Notes: a model not told the origin generated them from the letters alone. DNA of 64,000 bases from Octopus bimaculoides (GCF_001194135.2 NC_069003.1:21418722-21482721); one strand, 5' to 3'; counted from the first letter of the stretch, positions 1 to 12,141 are shown. A program made the numbers and translations.

Positions 1-395
1 CAGACGAGGTTGAAGTGCAACGAGTAGATATACCAACATGGTAGAACCGACTTAGGAATAATAAATGGAGGCCTCCAGATGTCAAGCAGACAGGAAGAAG
101 CATAAAAGGATGTGATGTGGAAAGAGAGGAGGCGGTAGGAGTTGACATGAAGAAGGGTATCTGGTTGCAGAGGGGTACCTCAGGAAATTTCATCCAATGC
201 ACAGCAGAGTGGGAAAAGTGGGTGCAAAAATGATGAGGAGGAGGAGGATGTAAGGTGACTTTTCTGTCAGGTAGAGCAACCTCATATAGAGTCCATGGTT
301 GTCAAGAAGTTTTGAAAACAGTGGGGAATAGATATGAAGAAGTGAAATAAGTATATCTTTAAATGTGCTGTACAGGAAGAAAACTAATGAGAAAA
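1..395 (-). mobile_element. Degenerate LINE ORF2 3' remnant (CR1/L2-like, tentative)
   Basis: Minus-strand fragments (DR.SHPY-like, TAVHWMKFPEV) weakly resemble the C-terminal 'SHPY...TA.LWNSLP' region of CR1/L2-type RTs; frameshifted. Confidence 0.3.
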
Positions 396-400
396 ATAGT

Positions 401-740
401 GAAGGCACATGGCTCAGTGGTTAGAGCATCGGGCTCACAATGATGAGGTAGTGAGTTCAAGTCCCAAATTGGGCAGTGTATTGTGTTCTTGAGCAAGACA
501 CTTTATTTCACATTGCTCCAGTTCACTCAGTTGTAGAAATGAGTTGCGACGTCACTGGTGCCAAGCTGTATTGGCCTTTGCCATTCTCTTGGATAACATC
601 AGTGGCATGGAGAGGGGAGGGTGGTATGCACAGGCACTGCTGGTCTTCCATAAACAACTTTGCCCAAACTTGTGCCTTGGAGAGTAACTTTCTAGTTACA
701 ATCCCATGGTCATTCAAACTGAAGGGGGTCTTACCCTTTT
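401..740 (+). mobile_element. tRNA-derived SINE, family 3
   Basis: Head gaaggcacatggctcagtggttagagc...gagttcaagtccc (A/B-box-like); near-identical body at 27742-28058 and 26101-26455. Confidence 0.85.
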
Positions 741-1309
741 ACAGGAAGAAAATTAATTGTTCATTCTCTGACATTCTAAAATATATTTTAATGTATCTTC
801 ATCATCATCATCATTAAGGTAACATGCTCAGAAACAGATGAGACAAGGAGAGCATTCAACCACAAAATACCTACCTCAACAAATTCCACTTAATCCATGC
901 CAGCATGGAAAAGTGTATGTTAAAACGATGACAATGTTGCTGTAGATGAATTGCATAATTTTGGGGTTGATCTCAAAGAACTTCACCTAGACCCTTGTGA
1001 GAAGGACCATTCCTGTTCTTAGGAAAAATAGGCTTACTTTGTCCCTGAGTTTAACATCGCAACCCCCTCACCCTCAAGTCCATACTACCACCCACCCTCA
1101 GTTTAATACCACTCCTGACCCTTGGATAATGTTAGAAATGATGCTCTACATTGTTGCAACAACTGAGGCCAGATTTCTGGTCTGATAGCTACTCCCTTAC
1201 CACCTCTCCATTCTATACTAATTTTAGAGATCCTGATAAAGGGCCACAGGCACTGCACTTCCTCCATTGACAAACCCCTAAAAAAAGTAGACAAGCAAAC
1301 AAGACTCAC

Positions 1310-1407
1310 CTTGAACTATATAAGAAGCTAGAAGAGCCAATGTATTGTCACTGCAAGGTAATGCTTCAGTTTTGAGGTCCCGTTTTACTTGAAGAGCAAA
1401 TAAATAT
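1310..1407 (-). CDS. FARP1/2: FARP-family FERM protein, 4th coding exon in window: (R)[32 protein letters not shown]
   Basis: 98 nt; pyrimidine tract plus cag acceptor (1408-1410); gtgagt donor (1304-1309); phase 2 in, phase 1 out; matches the FERM F2 motif RYLF.LQ.K.DL...L.C. Confidence 0.95.
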
Positions 1408-2374
1408 CTGTAAAAGATAAAGAAACAAATAGTAAAAAGACAATGGCTTTTGGTTCTTAATATGTTTGGTAGTAATAGTGAAAAAATGTTCTTCCAGTTA
1501 TTAACTTTACTAGTTTTATACCATCTATACAATCTATACACTATTAAAATTCAAAATTTGTATTGCTGCTTGTGTATATGAAGAATTTAACCAAAGACAG
1601 TTCATTGGAGTGGGAAAGTACTTTGACTAATGTATTCTTGAACATAAACTCTTTTGTTTGAAATAACTTCTGGTGTATTTCTGGGCCTTGGAACCTTGAA
1701 AACTGAAAAATGTTACCTATTAACATAAGAAAGTATTTTCTGGCCATTCATGAAAGGGAGGCAATTTACTAACATATGGAAGAAAGAGAGAACAAGGAGG
1801 AGATAGAAAACACAGTATGATATATAAATGAGTACGGTGTGTGTGAGTCTGTGTGTGTGTGTGTGTGTGTAAAGAGGAAGTAATCTATACAAAGAAGATA
1901 TTGATAGGAAGTGAACAAAAAACAGTAAGAGAGGCAAGAAAGAAGTTGAAAAGAAAATGAAAAATGAATATGAAAAGAAAGAGAGAAGAGAAGGAGAATT
2001 CATACGAGTTGAGGTTACCATAGTGACCGTGTGCATTTGAAGATGCCTTATGTGTGTGTGTGTGTGTGTCTTTCTCTCTCTCATATGTATGTGTGTAAAT
2101 GACTGCAGCATCTATTACACTTAGGTACATAATATAAAACACACACACACATACAGCTTGTGCATGTGTTATTGAAAGTTCAAGTTTAAAAATTTTAATA
2201 AGTAAACATGTAGCCATGTGGTTAAGAAGTTTACTTCCCAACCACATGGTTTCAGGTTCAGTTCCACTGTGTAGCATCTTGGAGAAGTATCTTCTATTAT
2301 ATCTCTCAGGCTGACAAAAACCTCCTAAGTGGATTTAGCAGACTGTAAGAATGAAGCCCATATATATATATATA

Positions 2375-2625
2375 TATCATCATCATCCTCTAATGTCCAT
2401 TTTTCATGCTGGCATGGGTTGGCTGGTTTGACTAGAGCTGGCAAGCAAAAGAACTGTACTAGGTTCCAGTCGGATTTGGGTTGGTTTCTATGGCTGGATG
2501 CCCTTCCTGAAGCCAACCGCTTAAAAAAGTATGCTAGGTGCGTTTTGCATGACACCATGCATGCCAGCATGGGTACTATTAATACTTGGCCTTGACATGT
2601 GTGCTTTTTACATGGTACCAGCATG
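2375..2625 (-). mobile_element. RTE-type 3' tail fragment
   Basis: Reverse complement of the tail seen at 23690-23937 and 49310-49670, with (GAT)n end. Confidence 0.75.
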
Positions 2626-2712
2626 GGTGCTATATGTGTGTGTGTGTGTGTTTGTATGAGTGTGTGTGCTTGTGTGTGTGTGTCTCCTTGTCTCGACATT
2701 GTGTAATAGTTG

Positions 2713-4259
2713 TATTGGCTCATCCCATAAATAATGCAGAACGAAAAGTCAAAGGGGGACAGGATAAACTACCTCCATCAACTTCCTATAAAAGCAGGTA
2801 GTAATTTTACCTTATCCTTATTCTTAGTGCAAGTTTTGAAGAGTGCAATTCGATTTTAACAGTTGTTTTGTCAAGGCTATATTGGAAGTGACAAAGAAGC
2901 ATATTCAGCATATTTTGCATTATGAGTTCAGTAAAGGCAACAATGGCAACAGAAAGTGCAAGGAACATTAATACAGTATATGGGGATCAGAAAATAAGCG
3001 TAAGCCAATGTCAATGGTGGTTGCAGAAATTCCAAGCTGGAAACTACAGCCTAGAAGACCAGCCTCGTCCTGGAAGATCTGTAGAGCTCGATGAGGATGT
3101 CCTGTGAACTCTGGTGGAACAAAATCCCATCATAACTGTTGAGGAACTAGCAGAGAAGCTTAGATTTGGTCATTCAACCATTCATCGACACCTGCGTGCA
3201 TTTGGAAAAGTCAGAAAATTGGGTCAATGGGTTCCTCACAAACTTTCCAAGTCTAATCACACACACAGAGTGAATGTGTGCTCTTCTTTGCTGTCATGTC
3301 TCACGAATGAACTCTTTTTGGACCGAACAGTGAAATGGATTCTCTATAAAAATGTCAAGTGGTGAAGACAGTGGGTAGAGAAAGGNNNNNNNNNNNNNNN
3401 NNNNNNNNNNNNNNNNNNNNNNNNNNNNNNNNNNNNNNNNNNNNNNNNNNNNNNNNNNNNNNNNNNNNNNNNNNNNNNNNNNNNNNNNNNNNNNNNNNNN
3501 NNNNNNNNNNNNNNNNNNNNNNNNNNNNNNNNNNNNNNNNNNNNNNNNNNNNNNNNNNNNNNNNNNNNNNNNNNNNNNNNNNNNNNNNNNNNNNNNNNNN
3601 NNNNNNNNNNNNNNNNNNNNNNNNNNNNNNNNNNNNNNNNNNNNNNNNNNNNNNNNNNNNNNNNNNNNNNNNNNNNNNNNNNNNNNNNNNNNNNNNNNNN
3701 NNNNNNNNNNNNNNNNNNNNNNNNNNNNNNNNNNNNNNNNNNNNNNNNNNNNNNNNNNNNNNNNNNNNNNNNNNNNNNNNNNNNNNNNNNNNNNNNNNNN
3801 NNNNNNNNNNNNNNNNNNNNNNNNNNNNNNNNNNNNNNNNNNNNNNNNNNNNNNNNNNNNNNNNNNNNNNNNNNNNNNNNNNNNNNNNNNNNNNNNNNNN
3901 NNNNNNNNNNNNNNNNNNNNNNNNNNNNNNNNNNNNNNNNNNNNNNNNNNNNTGCTCCACACACCATATTCGCCAGACATTTCTCCATTTGATTATCATT
4001 TATTCCGTTGTTTTCAAAATCATGTGGTATGAAAAAAATATGAATTCTGTAGTTGAGGTCAGAACAATACTGGAGGAGTATTTTACATCACGGACAAGGG
4101 AATTTTGGAAGAGGGGCCTTACAAGTCTACAAGATAGATGGAAGAGCATTGTAGAAAATGAAGGAGAGTATAATTTAGATTAAAAAAAGAAATTTATCTT
4201 AATTTTGAAAAATAAAAGAAGTATAAAAAAAACTGCATCATTTATGGGATGATCCAATA
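2713..4259 (+). mobile_element. Mariner DNA transposon, full length but decayed
   Basis: TA TSD (2713-2714, 4258-4259); 25-bp TIRs ttggctcatcccataaataatgcag (2715-2739) and ctgcatcatttatgggatgatccaa (4233-4257), 2 mismatches; central N-gap 3386-3952. Confidence 0.95.
2880..4183 (+). pseudogene. Mariner transposase pseudogene
   Basis: Mariner motifs WVPHKL and PYSPDISPFDYHLF, HTH region, C-terminal DRWKSIVENEGEY; in-frame stops and frameshifts. Confidence 0.92.
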
Positions 4260-4702
4260 GATTAGTGTTGTTATCATAAAAGCAGTGTCATTCATTGCCA
4301 ATACTTTGTGAAAACATGTTAAGCAATGGAGATGTAACACCATAACACCATGCTTGAAAACAGATGAAAGCTGGCAACAAGAAGGACATCCGGCTGTAGA
4401 AAATCTGCCTCAATAAACTCATCTGACCCACATAAGAATGTTAAATGATGATAATCATGAAGAGGAGGAGGACTACATCACCGAGCCAGTCTTGATACAT
4501 ATGATACTACAACAATCACTCTAACCTTGTTTACATTCATTTTGCAGGAAGTGAGTCACTCTCTAATGTAAGAGATAAAATTCTAATGCTTTCTGCTTTC
4601 ATTCACTTCAGAATTGTTACAAGATGTTAAGAGTGGAAACAATGTACACTAGCAAAGGACAAGAGCCTCAGCCCTTTCTAAGGTTCATAAAGTAATCCTT
4701 AC

Positions 4703-4821
4703 CTTGTATATTCCTCTTCCAGCAAACCAGGGTCAGGGGTATAGAATTTAACAGCAAATCGAAACTCAACATCTGTGTTTGGAATTTGTTTTAAAATGGG
4801 TTTCTCTCGATCCAGCCAACA
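4703..4821 (-). CDS. FARP1/2: FARP-family FERM protein, 3rd coding exon: CWLDREKPILKQIPNTDVEFRFAVKFYTPDPGLLEEEYT(R)
   Basis: 119 nt; cag acceptor (4822-4824); gtaagg donor (4697-4702); phase 0 in, phase 2 out; FERM motifs WLD..K.I.KQ and F.VKFY.PDP..L.EE.TR. Absent from the ORF track. Confidence 0.95.
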
Positions 4822-4823
4822 CT

Positions 4824-4824
<1 letters not shown>

Positions 4825-4864
<40 letters not shown>

Positions 4865-4876
4865 TATAATAATAAT
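4825..4876. repeat. (TAA)n/(ATT)n microsatellite abutting the splice acceptor
   Basis: About 17 triplets directly before the AG on the minus strand. Confidence 0.95.
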
Positions 4877-4984
4877 TTATTCTTTTATTGGCCACAAGGG
4901 TTAATATAATTTATACATAAAAGACAACACAAGACAATGCAAAGGGTTTTCATATTCGTGTAAACATTAAATAATAATAACAAC

Positions 4985-5285
4985 ATAGATATAGAAAAAT
5001 AGAAAAGTATCAGGACCTCCCCATTGAATTACAGAGACTATGGAAAGTATGGGTAAAACGTATTCCAGTAGTTATAGGTGTAGTGGAAAATGTCCCTAAA
5101 GATTTAGATAGAGGAAATAGGCATAAGACCCAGTTTAGTACAGCTCCAGAAAATTGTGTCATCAGGGACAGCTAGGTTACTTAGGAGGGTTCTTGGCATC
5201 TAAGGGTCCTTGTAGGACCATGTTAGGAATTTTTCTTTTCCATCAGTCTAATTTGTTGTGTGTATATGAATAACAACAACAACAA
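4985..5285 (+). mobile_element. R4/Dong-like LINE 3' end (restriction-like endonuclease C-terminus)
   Basis: KIEKYQDLPIELQRLWK...IPVVIGVV...LQKIVSSGTARLLRRVLGI* followed by a 3' UTR and (AAC)n. Confidence 0.75.
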
Positions 5286-5483
5286 TCCTTTTCTCTATGG
5301 GCTGGAAATTTGGGAGAAGGGGAGGTGCTGGTCAATTACATTGACCCCAGTTTTCAACTGGTACTTATTTTATGGACCATGAAAGTCAACCTTGGTGGAA
5401 TTTGAACTCAGAACATAGTGACAGGTGAAATACAGCTAAGCATTTCATCAAGTGTGCTACCAATTCTGCCATCATGCCACCTA

Positions 5484-5534
<51 letters not shown>

Positions 5535-5747
5535 CTTTTCTACTATAGGCAGAAGGTCTGAAATTTGGGGGGAGGAGGATAATCAATTACATCAACCCCA
5601 GTACTTGAGTGATACTTAATTTATTCACCCTGAAAGGATGAAAAGCAAAGTTGACCTTGGTGGGATTTGAACTCAGAACATAAAGATGGACAAAATGCCA
5701 CTCGGCATTTTGCCCAGCATGCTAACAATTTTGCTAGCTTGCCACCT
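5286..5747 (-). mobile_element. Two tandem SINE family 2 copies separated by (TAA)n
   Basis: Copies at 5286-5481 and 5535-5747 share the core gaaagcaaagttgaccttggtgggatttgaactcagaac. Confidence 0.85.
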
Positions 5748-6139
5748 AAATAACAGCAACAACAACAAGTGTTTCATTTCCTTGGCCACTTAGGTCAATC
5801 GTATTTAATTTCATCCCTGCATTCAAAATACTGAAATGTTAAAAAAACAGATTTACAAAAAATGAGGGAAAGGGTGAAATCCGTACAATATAGGGACAAG
5901 ATTAACAAAGAGAAAAAAAAAAAACACATGATTAACTGAAATAGCTTAAAGAATATAGAAAAAAAAATGCAATAATTGAGTGCAAGATATATAAAACATT
6001 TAGAATTACCCTCATCACCACACAAAATGATCACTCAATGGTTAGAACAGATTAGATCAAAACCCCACCACCACATCCCTACCAGCCACTCACTGTTCCT
6101 ATCTGGATTTGATAGCCTCAAAAGTACTCATTAACACCG

Positions 6140-6540
6140 TTTGGGCGGGAATGACACAAAAATCATGGCCCACATCTTCCATTTACTCCTGCTTTAGCTC
6201 GCAGTAAAATTTGTTATTTACTTTTTACCAAAATTCTGTCACTGGCACAACTTCTGTTCTATATTCTAGTTTTATCTCATTTTCTGTAATTAATACATCC
6301 TTTGCACCACATATGCAATAATTTGTTTTCGGAGTACTAATTCATCTTCCAAAATGACTGGCAATTTCCTGTCTTCATCATCTTGTTGCATTTTATACAT
6401 TTTTCGGTTGTGCTTGCCTTTCCTTCCTCATTGGCTCTCCTTCCTCCTCTGCTTTTCCTGATAATTTTTTTGCTACCTTCTGACATCCACTATATCCCTT
6501 ACTGCCGAGTATAGTGTTCCTGTTTCTTGGGTTCCAGGAC
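6140..6540 (-). pseudogene. Decayed coding-like remnant with zinc-knuckle-like Cys spacing (TE gag/ORF1?)
   Basis: Fragments CIKCNK...GNC and YCICGAKD in adjacent frames, with multiple stops. Confidence 0.25.
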
Positions 6541-7589
6541 TGATAATGAGACACATTCTCGGGTTGCTCATGGAGCTGGAATTGGTGCTACTTGCTATTG
6601 TTATGTACATAACAATAGCTCATATCCGTCCTATTGCTCATATCCGTCCTTGTCAGTACCAGCTAACACAGTTAGGAAGTTCTCGGTCAGTTGCCAGTGG
6701 CAACAGATGTCTGCTTTATGGATACATACCAACCTTGAGAGGCAAACATATCCATAAAGCTTGTAGTCCCTCCAAAACCAAACCAGGTGATTAGCTATAC
6801 ACACAACAACCCACCATTCATCATGTCTCAGCTGCTCTCATCAATTATTCCCAACACTCCAAATTTTCTGCCAATAGCCTTGGTAGGCAGTAAATTCCAG
6901 TCTCTGGTCCACAACCATCACCTCCAAACAAATAGGACAAGTGCCCTTGGAAAACTGTAGGCAAATGTCAGGCATTGAATAGCACAAAAATGTAAAGAAA
7001 ATAGGTCACAGAGTGGGGATTAATGGAGCATTATACAGAACAAAGACAAATATATCACAGGGCAAAGCCAAAGGAAGTGTGTCCTGGGACAAACACCAAA
7101 ATGAAACTTGTAGCAGTGAAAGATTCAGAACAAAACATGTTATGGGACACAACCTAAATGAAATGCCAGAGGGGAAGGCCCAAATGAAAATATACCACAG
7201 AGAGTGAGACCAAAAGAAGTATTTCAACGAGTGGAGTTAAATAAAGACCAAGCTGAGCTGGGAAACTAATTGTTTTAGGCAACCCAGAATTATAAAAGTA
7301 GACTGGTCACAAGGTTAAATAATGAGTCACATCATTAAATAGATATGAGAATTGATACAGGATTGGGTGGCGGGGAACACCCTAGCCATGTTGTAGACAA
7401 CCATTCTGACAGATCATCAACAAGGCTTGATGATCTATTAACTAATCAACATGTCACTGCTCCCTTGTATATTTGGTAAGATTATTGGGTTGAGAGTTGT
7501 ATAACATATTTGTAATTCTATGGTTGTAATGCATGTTACATGCAAGATAGAAGGATGGTCTGGATGAACACTTAGAAAACATACACTTT

Positions 7590-8260
7590 CATGCAAATTC
7601 TGATCTTCGGTCATAGCCAAAGGCAGCTCTGAAGGCATCAGAATGTGAGACGAGTACTATTGATGTGTATGTTGATCTGAGGTATTTGAAATGGTTAACT
7701 TCTTTAAGGACCTCGCTGTTGAGAACCATTGACACCTTTTCCAAGAATAGGATCCCTGCCATGAGAACTTTGGTTTTGGATGCATTTTATCTTAATATCG
7801 ATTTTGAGAACCCAGGAGTTGATTTTGTTGGTAGCAGTTTGGAGGTCAGCATAGTTGTCTCCTAGGACCACTATATTGTCAGCATAGTAAAAGTTGATGG
7901 AGACAAAATTCAATCCCACCCTAATACCAGGAAACTCTGCCAGCACAGGTTTCATGATCCAGTTAATGGATAACACATAGCTATGTTGAACCCCAGAACA
8001 GACATCAGAAAACGGTGATTTTTGTCTATACCCAGATCTTTCAAACCCCAAAATATGACAACACTACTGCATCAATACTCTGCAAGTTCTACTTACAAGA
8101 CGTCTACGGCAGCTTAGCCATACTTTCCATCAGTCTCCAGGAGAGTTCATTCACAAAGTGGTCAACTCAACACACCCACTAGACTGGCACAAACGAGCTG
8201 AAGGACAACTGAAGACATGACTGGTAACAGTAAAGGCAGATGAGCCACCACATCTATGGT
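7590..8260 (-). mobile_element. RTE-clade LINE reverse transcriptase remnant
   Basis: SGVQHSYVLS (cf. GVRQGCVLS), YADNIVVL (YADD), EVNHFKYL; stops and frameshifts. Confidence 0.85.
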
Positions 8261-8746
8261 CTTTGGCAGTGGAACCAGGAGTGGATCTCCATTACAGGCT
8301 TGATTGCAGTGGACCATCAGATATGGTCGGCATTCATGAAGGATGTGGTGAACTTGGCCGGAGATAGGTCAACCCACCCAAAGTGAATGCCACTGCAAAT
8401 ACAATTTCATATTGCATGCATGATTGCTCTGTGTTTATGACACAATAAAAACTTTTAATGAAATAATTGCAGCAATAGTAGATAACCCATTCATCCATTT
8501 TTATGTTTTTACACAACACTTAAAGGTTCCATTCATTGTTGGATACGATTGGGGTTGAGGATAACCTAACAATAGCTAACTTCACGTCAGCAATGCATTT
8601 TGTGCTATGATAATGGATTACTGAACTGTCTAATTTATGTCATTGTCTAGAAAATTACATTGTCATGTAATTGCAGCATGGTTTCACTTTAATATGCCTC
8701 AACCCTACATAGATCCCCTTTAATCAAATAATACATATTCATATAC

Positions 8747-8787
<41 letters not shown>

Positions 8788-8831
8788 CACATACACCTAT
8801 ACACACACATACACACACACATATACATACA

Positions 8832-8991
8832 CAGGCTTCTTTCAATTTCCATTTGCCAAATTCATTTACAAGACTGGTTGGGTTGGAATATTAGTAAAAT
8901 ACATTTTCCCAAGAAGCCACACATTGGGATTGAACCTAGAACGAAGTGGTTGAGAAGTAAGCTTGTTAACCACAAAGCTATGCTTGTACCT
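8832..8991 (-). mobile_element. SINE family 1 head
   Basis: Diverged reverse complement of the 10836 consensus head. Confidence 0.7.
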
Positions 8992-9439
8992 GCAATCTGA
9001 TGGAAATTGGACTGCTAATGCTAGCAGGTCAAGTGACAATGTAGACCTTTGTTCAGTGTGGCACAATGAGGCAAGAAGCTAACAACATGACTGGAAGGCA
9101 AAGAATGATGTTGTAAAGGAAATAATTAAGTGAGAAACAAGACAAATTAACAGGAGAATAATTCCACGGATGGGAAGAAGGTTTGGAGACAATATGGATG
9201 GGTTAGAGAGAGGGGGAATGTGTCAAGGGAGGGGAGACAGAAGAAATAAAAGATGTCATGGAGGGAGTGAAGAAGAGGATGAACAAGGAGTTCATTAACT
9301 GGTTTATGATGTAAATAACCATGTCTTTCGTTTAAGAAGATAATTACTAATACAAGACAAATAGTTAAGACATGATTGGAGCAGATAATTGTTATTATTT
9401 TCACAGGGCAAATAAGTGAGTTACATGACTAAATATATA

Positions 9440-9603
9440 GGTACAGACATAGCTATGTTGTTAAGACGATCACTTTGAAACGACATGGTTTCATGTTCAG
9501 TCCCACTTTGTGAGACTTTGGATAAGTGTCTTCTGCTATAGTTTTGGTTTGACTAATGCCTTTGTGAAGGAATTTGGTAGATGGAAACTGTGGGAACATG
9601 TCA

Positions 9604-9641
<38 letters not shown>

Positions 9642-9760
9642 TGTGTGTGTGTGTTTTGGTCACTATCCACCACCATCACTTCTTGAGAACTGGTGTTGGT
9701 TTATTTACACTTCTGTAACATAGCAAGTTGGCAAAATGGACTGACAGAATAAGTACCAGA
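9440..9760 (+). mobile_element. SINE family 1, diverged
   Basis: Head, (CT/CA)n, then 3' body. Confidence 0.7.
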
Positions 9761-9803
9761 CTTGCAGGTTTCTGTTTAGAACCAGGAATGATATTACTGC
9801 TGC

Positions 9804-9849
<46 letters not shown>

Positions 9850-10074
9850 GGTGGTGGTGGTGGAGCTGTTTTAGCCCCAGATCAGCTTTCATCACACATA
9901 TTTATGATCAAAGTCATTCTAATAGTGACTACTCTACCCAGACAGTATGTCTACACAGGGAATCAATTTGTCTCAGGAGATTTACAGGTCTGCATTTGAA
10001 AAGTTTCTCCCCAAGTTCCAAGCCTGTATTCCTGACTCTCCTACCTGTGCCACCATGTTCTCCAAAGGAAAAGC

Positions 10075-10375
10075 ATGGGCTGGTGCAGTTTGGCACCAAT
10101 ACCAGTATTGTTGGGAATGAGTATAGCATTGAATTCAGCATACAGATAGGAGTTCAAGGTTCGGTTCTCAGCCCACTTCTTGTTCATCATATCCTCCAGG
10201 ACATAACAAGACTACTATGCTGATGACCTTATTCTTATAGCTGGATCACTACCAGAACTAGAGAAAAAATATCAGGTGTGGAGGCAAGGTCTGAAACCAA
10301 AGTGCCTTAGAGTTAATTTAGCAAAGACCAGAGTCTGAGTAAGTAGGAAAACAGACTAATCATTAATGTTGATGA
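10075..10375 (+). mobile_element. RTE LINE RT fragment
   Basis: IGVQGSVLSPLL motif, then YADDL-like tatgctgatgacctt and a LRVNLAKT-like segment. Confidence 0.8.
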
Positions 10376-10751
10376 TGATGATGAAGGTGGACATCAACCT
10401 CACCAATCTGGCCCCTTCCTCCTGACAAAACAAAACAAACAAATAAATAAATAATCCATACTAGAGCACCTTGTTTGTTTTTCTCAACCACTGAGCAGAA
10501 TATTGGATGTTTTGAGTGAAAATATTTTAAATTCAAATTTACAGCACAACATTCCAACAAGTCTATCAAGTCATTGCCTTGTTTTATTTTTCAACTGAGT
10601 AAATGGATAAGTCTACCATTTAGTCATTAACAAGAACAATCCCTCTGGTAGGATTCCTGACAGTTTGTCTTTCACTACTCAGTTTGCTTAACCATTTTGG
10701 CATAAACCTGTCTGAGACTGACCCTGGTTCTATAATATAAATAATCCTGTT

Positions 10752-11391
10752 TTAACCCTTTAGCTTTCAGATTATTCTGCTAACCATAATATTTATTTAT
10801 TCAAATTGGTTTGAATTAATCATACATTAATCATAGGCGCAGGAGTGGCAGTGTGGTAAAGTAGCTTGCTTACCAACCACATGGTTCTGGGTTCAGTCCC
10901 ACTGCGTGGCACCTTGGGCAAGTGTCTTCTACTATAGCCTCGGGTCGACCAAAGCCTTGTGAGTGGATTTGGTAGACGGAAATTGAAAGAAGCCCATCGT
11001 ATATATGCATATGTATGTATATATGTGTGTTTGTGTGTCTGTGTTTGTCCCCCCAACATCGCTTGACAACCGATGCTGGTGTGCTTATTTCCCCGTAACT
11101 TAGCGGTTCGGCAAAAGTGACCGATAGAATAAGTACTAGGCTTCCAAACAATAAGTTCTGGGGTTGATTTGCTTGACTAAAGGCGGTGCTCCAGCATGAC
11201 CGCAGTCAAATGACTGAAACAAGTAAAAGAGTAAAAGAGTATCTCACTGCTTCTACATTTCAAAGACGTGATAGTATATTTTTAGGATGACATTGCAGGG
11301 TGGGCATGAGAGGCTAGATCTGGCCAGTTTGAACATAAAACAAGTAGAGTATTTGGTCTGGATATGGTCTGTTTAAATGCTAAAAGGCTAA
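10752..11391 (+). mobile_element. piggyBac-type MITE family A, interrupted by a SINE
   Basis: TTAA-ccctttagc ... gctaaaagg-ctaa ends; same body as 18936-19156. Confidence 0.85.
10836..11241 (+). mobile_element. SINE family 1, near full length and young
   Basis: ggcgcaggagtggcagtgtggtaa...gggttcagtcccactgcg head, internal (TA/TG)n, (gtaaaaga)n tail; CpGs retained. Confidence 0.92.
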
Positions 11392-12141
11392 AGTGATCTA
11401 AATCAAAACTTACCATTTCTGTCCCAAACACCAGCTTAATAATGACAAAGTTATTTTATTAAATTCCTCGTTACTTTCAAAATTAATTAACACAAAAGCA
11501 GTGTATTTCAACAGATGTATGGTGACAAAAGTGTAAAACTGGTCTAAATTAAAACCTTCCCTCAAAATTCCATGTTATGTTCCAAACACCAGCTTAATTA
11601 TGACAAAGTTATTTCATTAAACTCTTCATTATTTTCAAAATTAATTAAAACAAAAGTAGTGCATTTCAACAGAAATATGGAAATGAAAATGATAAAGTGA
11701 TCTAAATTAAAACCTTACATCAAAATTTCATGTTGGTTTATGGTCCAAACAACAGCTTAATAATAAGTTAACGAAATTCTTCATTATTTTCAAAATTAAG
11801 TGAAACAAAGCAGAATATATTTCCACAGAGTATGGGAATAAAATGGACAACAAATGTTTGGCTCAGCAGAGTTATTAGGGAAGATATACCTGCCAAAAGT
11901 AATACACAACCCTATAGAACCAAAAACCATTTAGCTGTGAAGCCTTATTCTCAAACACAGTTATGCCTGTAGTGTCACGTGACACAAGATCGGTCAACAT
12001 GAAGACTGTGCCATGTGTAAGACATGTTGCAGATTACTTTAAATCAGATCAAAGTACAAGGTATTGTGGGAAATATTACAGAAATTCTAACAAATGTTTC
12101 ATAGTCCTGATGAACTAAAGGCCTGATATGTTACCATGAAG

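Larger units (their letters stand above)
2205..4460 (+). mobile_element. SINE family 1 with RTE-type tail, interrupted by an antisense RTE-tail fragment and a mariner element
   Basis: Head at 2205-2375, body resumes 2660-2712 and 4260-4460, ending in the ...aaggacatccggctgtagaaaatctgcc...gttaaatgatgat tail. Confidence 0.7.
10688..11830 (-). mobile_element. TTAA-flanked MITE family B in about 3 tandem ~150-bp units, interrupted by MITE A
   Basis: Starts ttaaccattttggcataaacctgtctgagactgaccctgg; resumes at 11392; unit repeated to about 11830; homologous to 18886-19324 and 43310-43545. Confidence 0.75.

Noticed and set aside
401-480. tRNA genes in SINE heads (also 10836, 42938, 46680)
   Set aside because: A/B boxes are present, but there is no complete cloverleaf or acceptor stem, and each continues into a repeat body.
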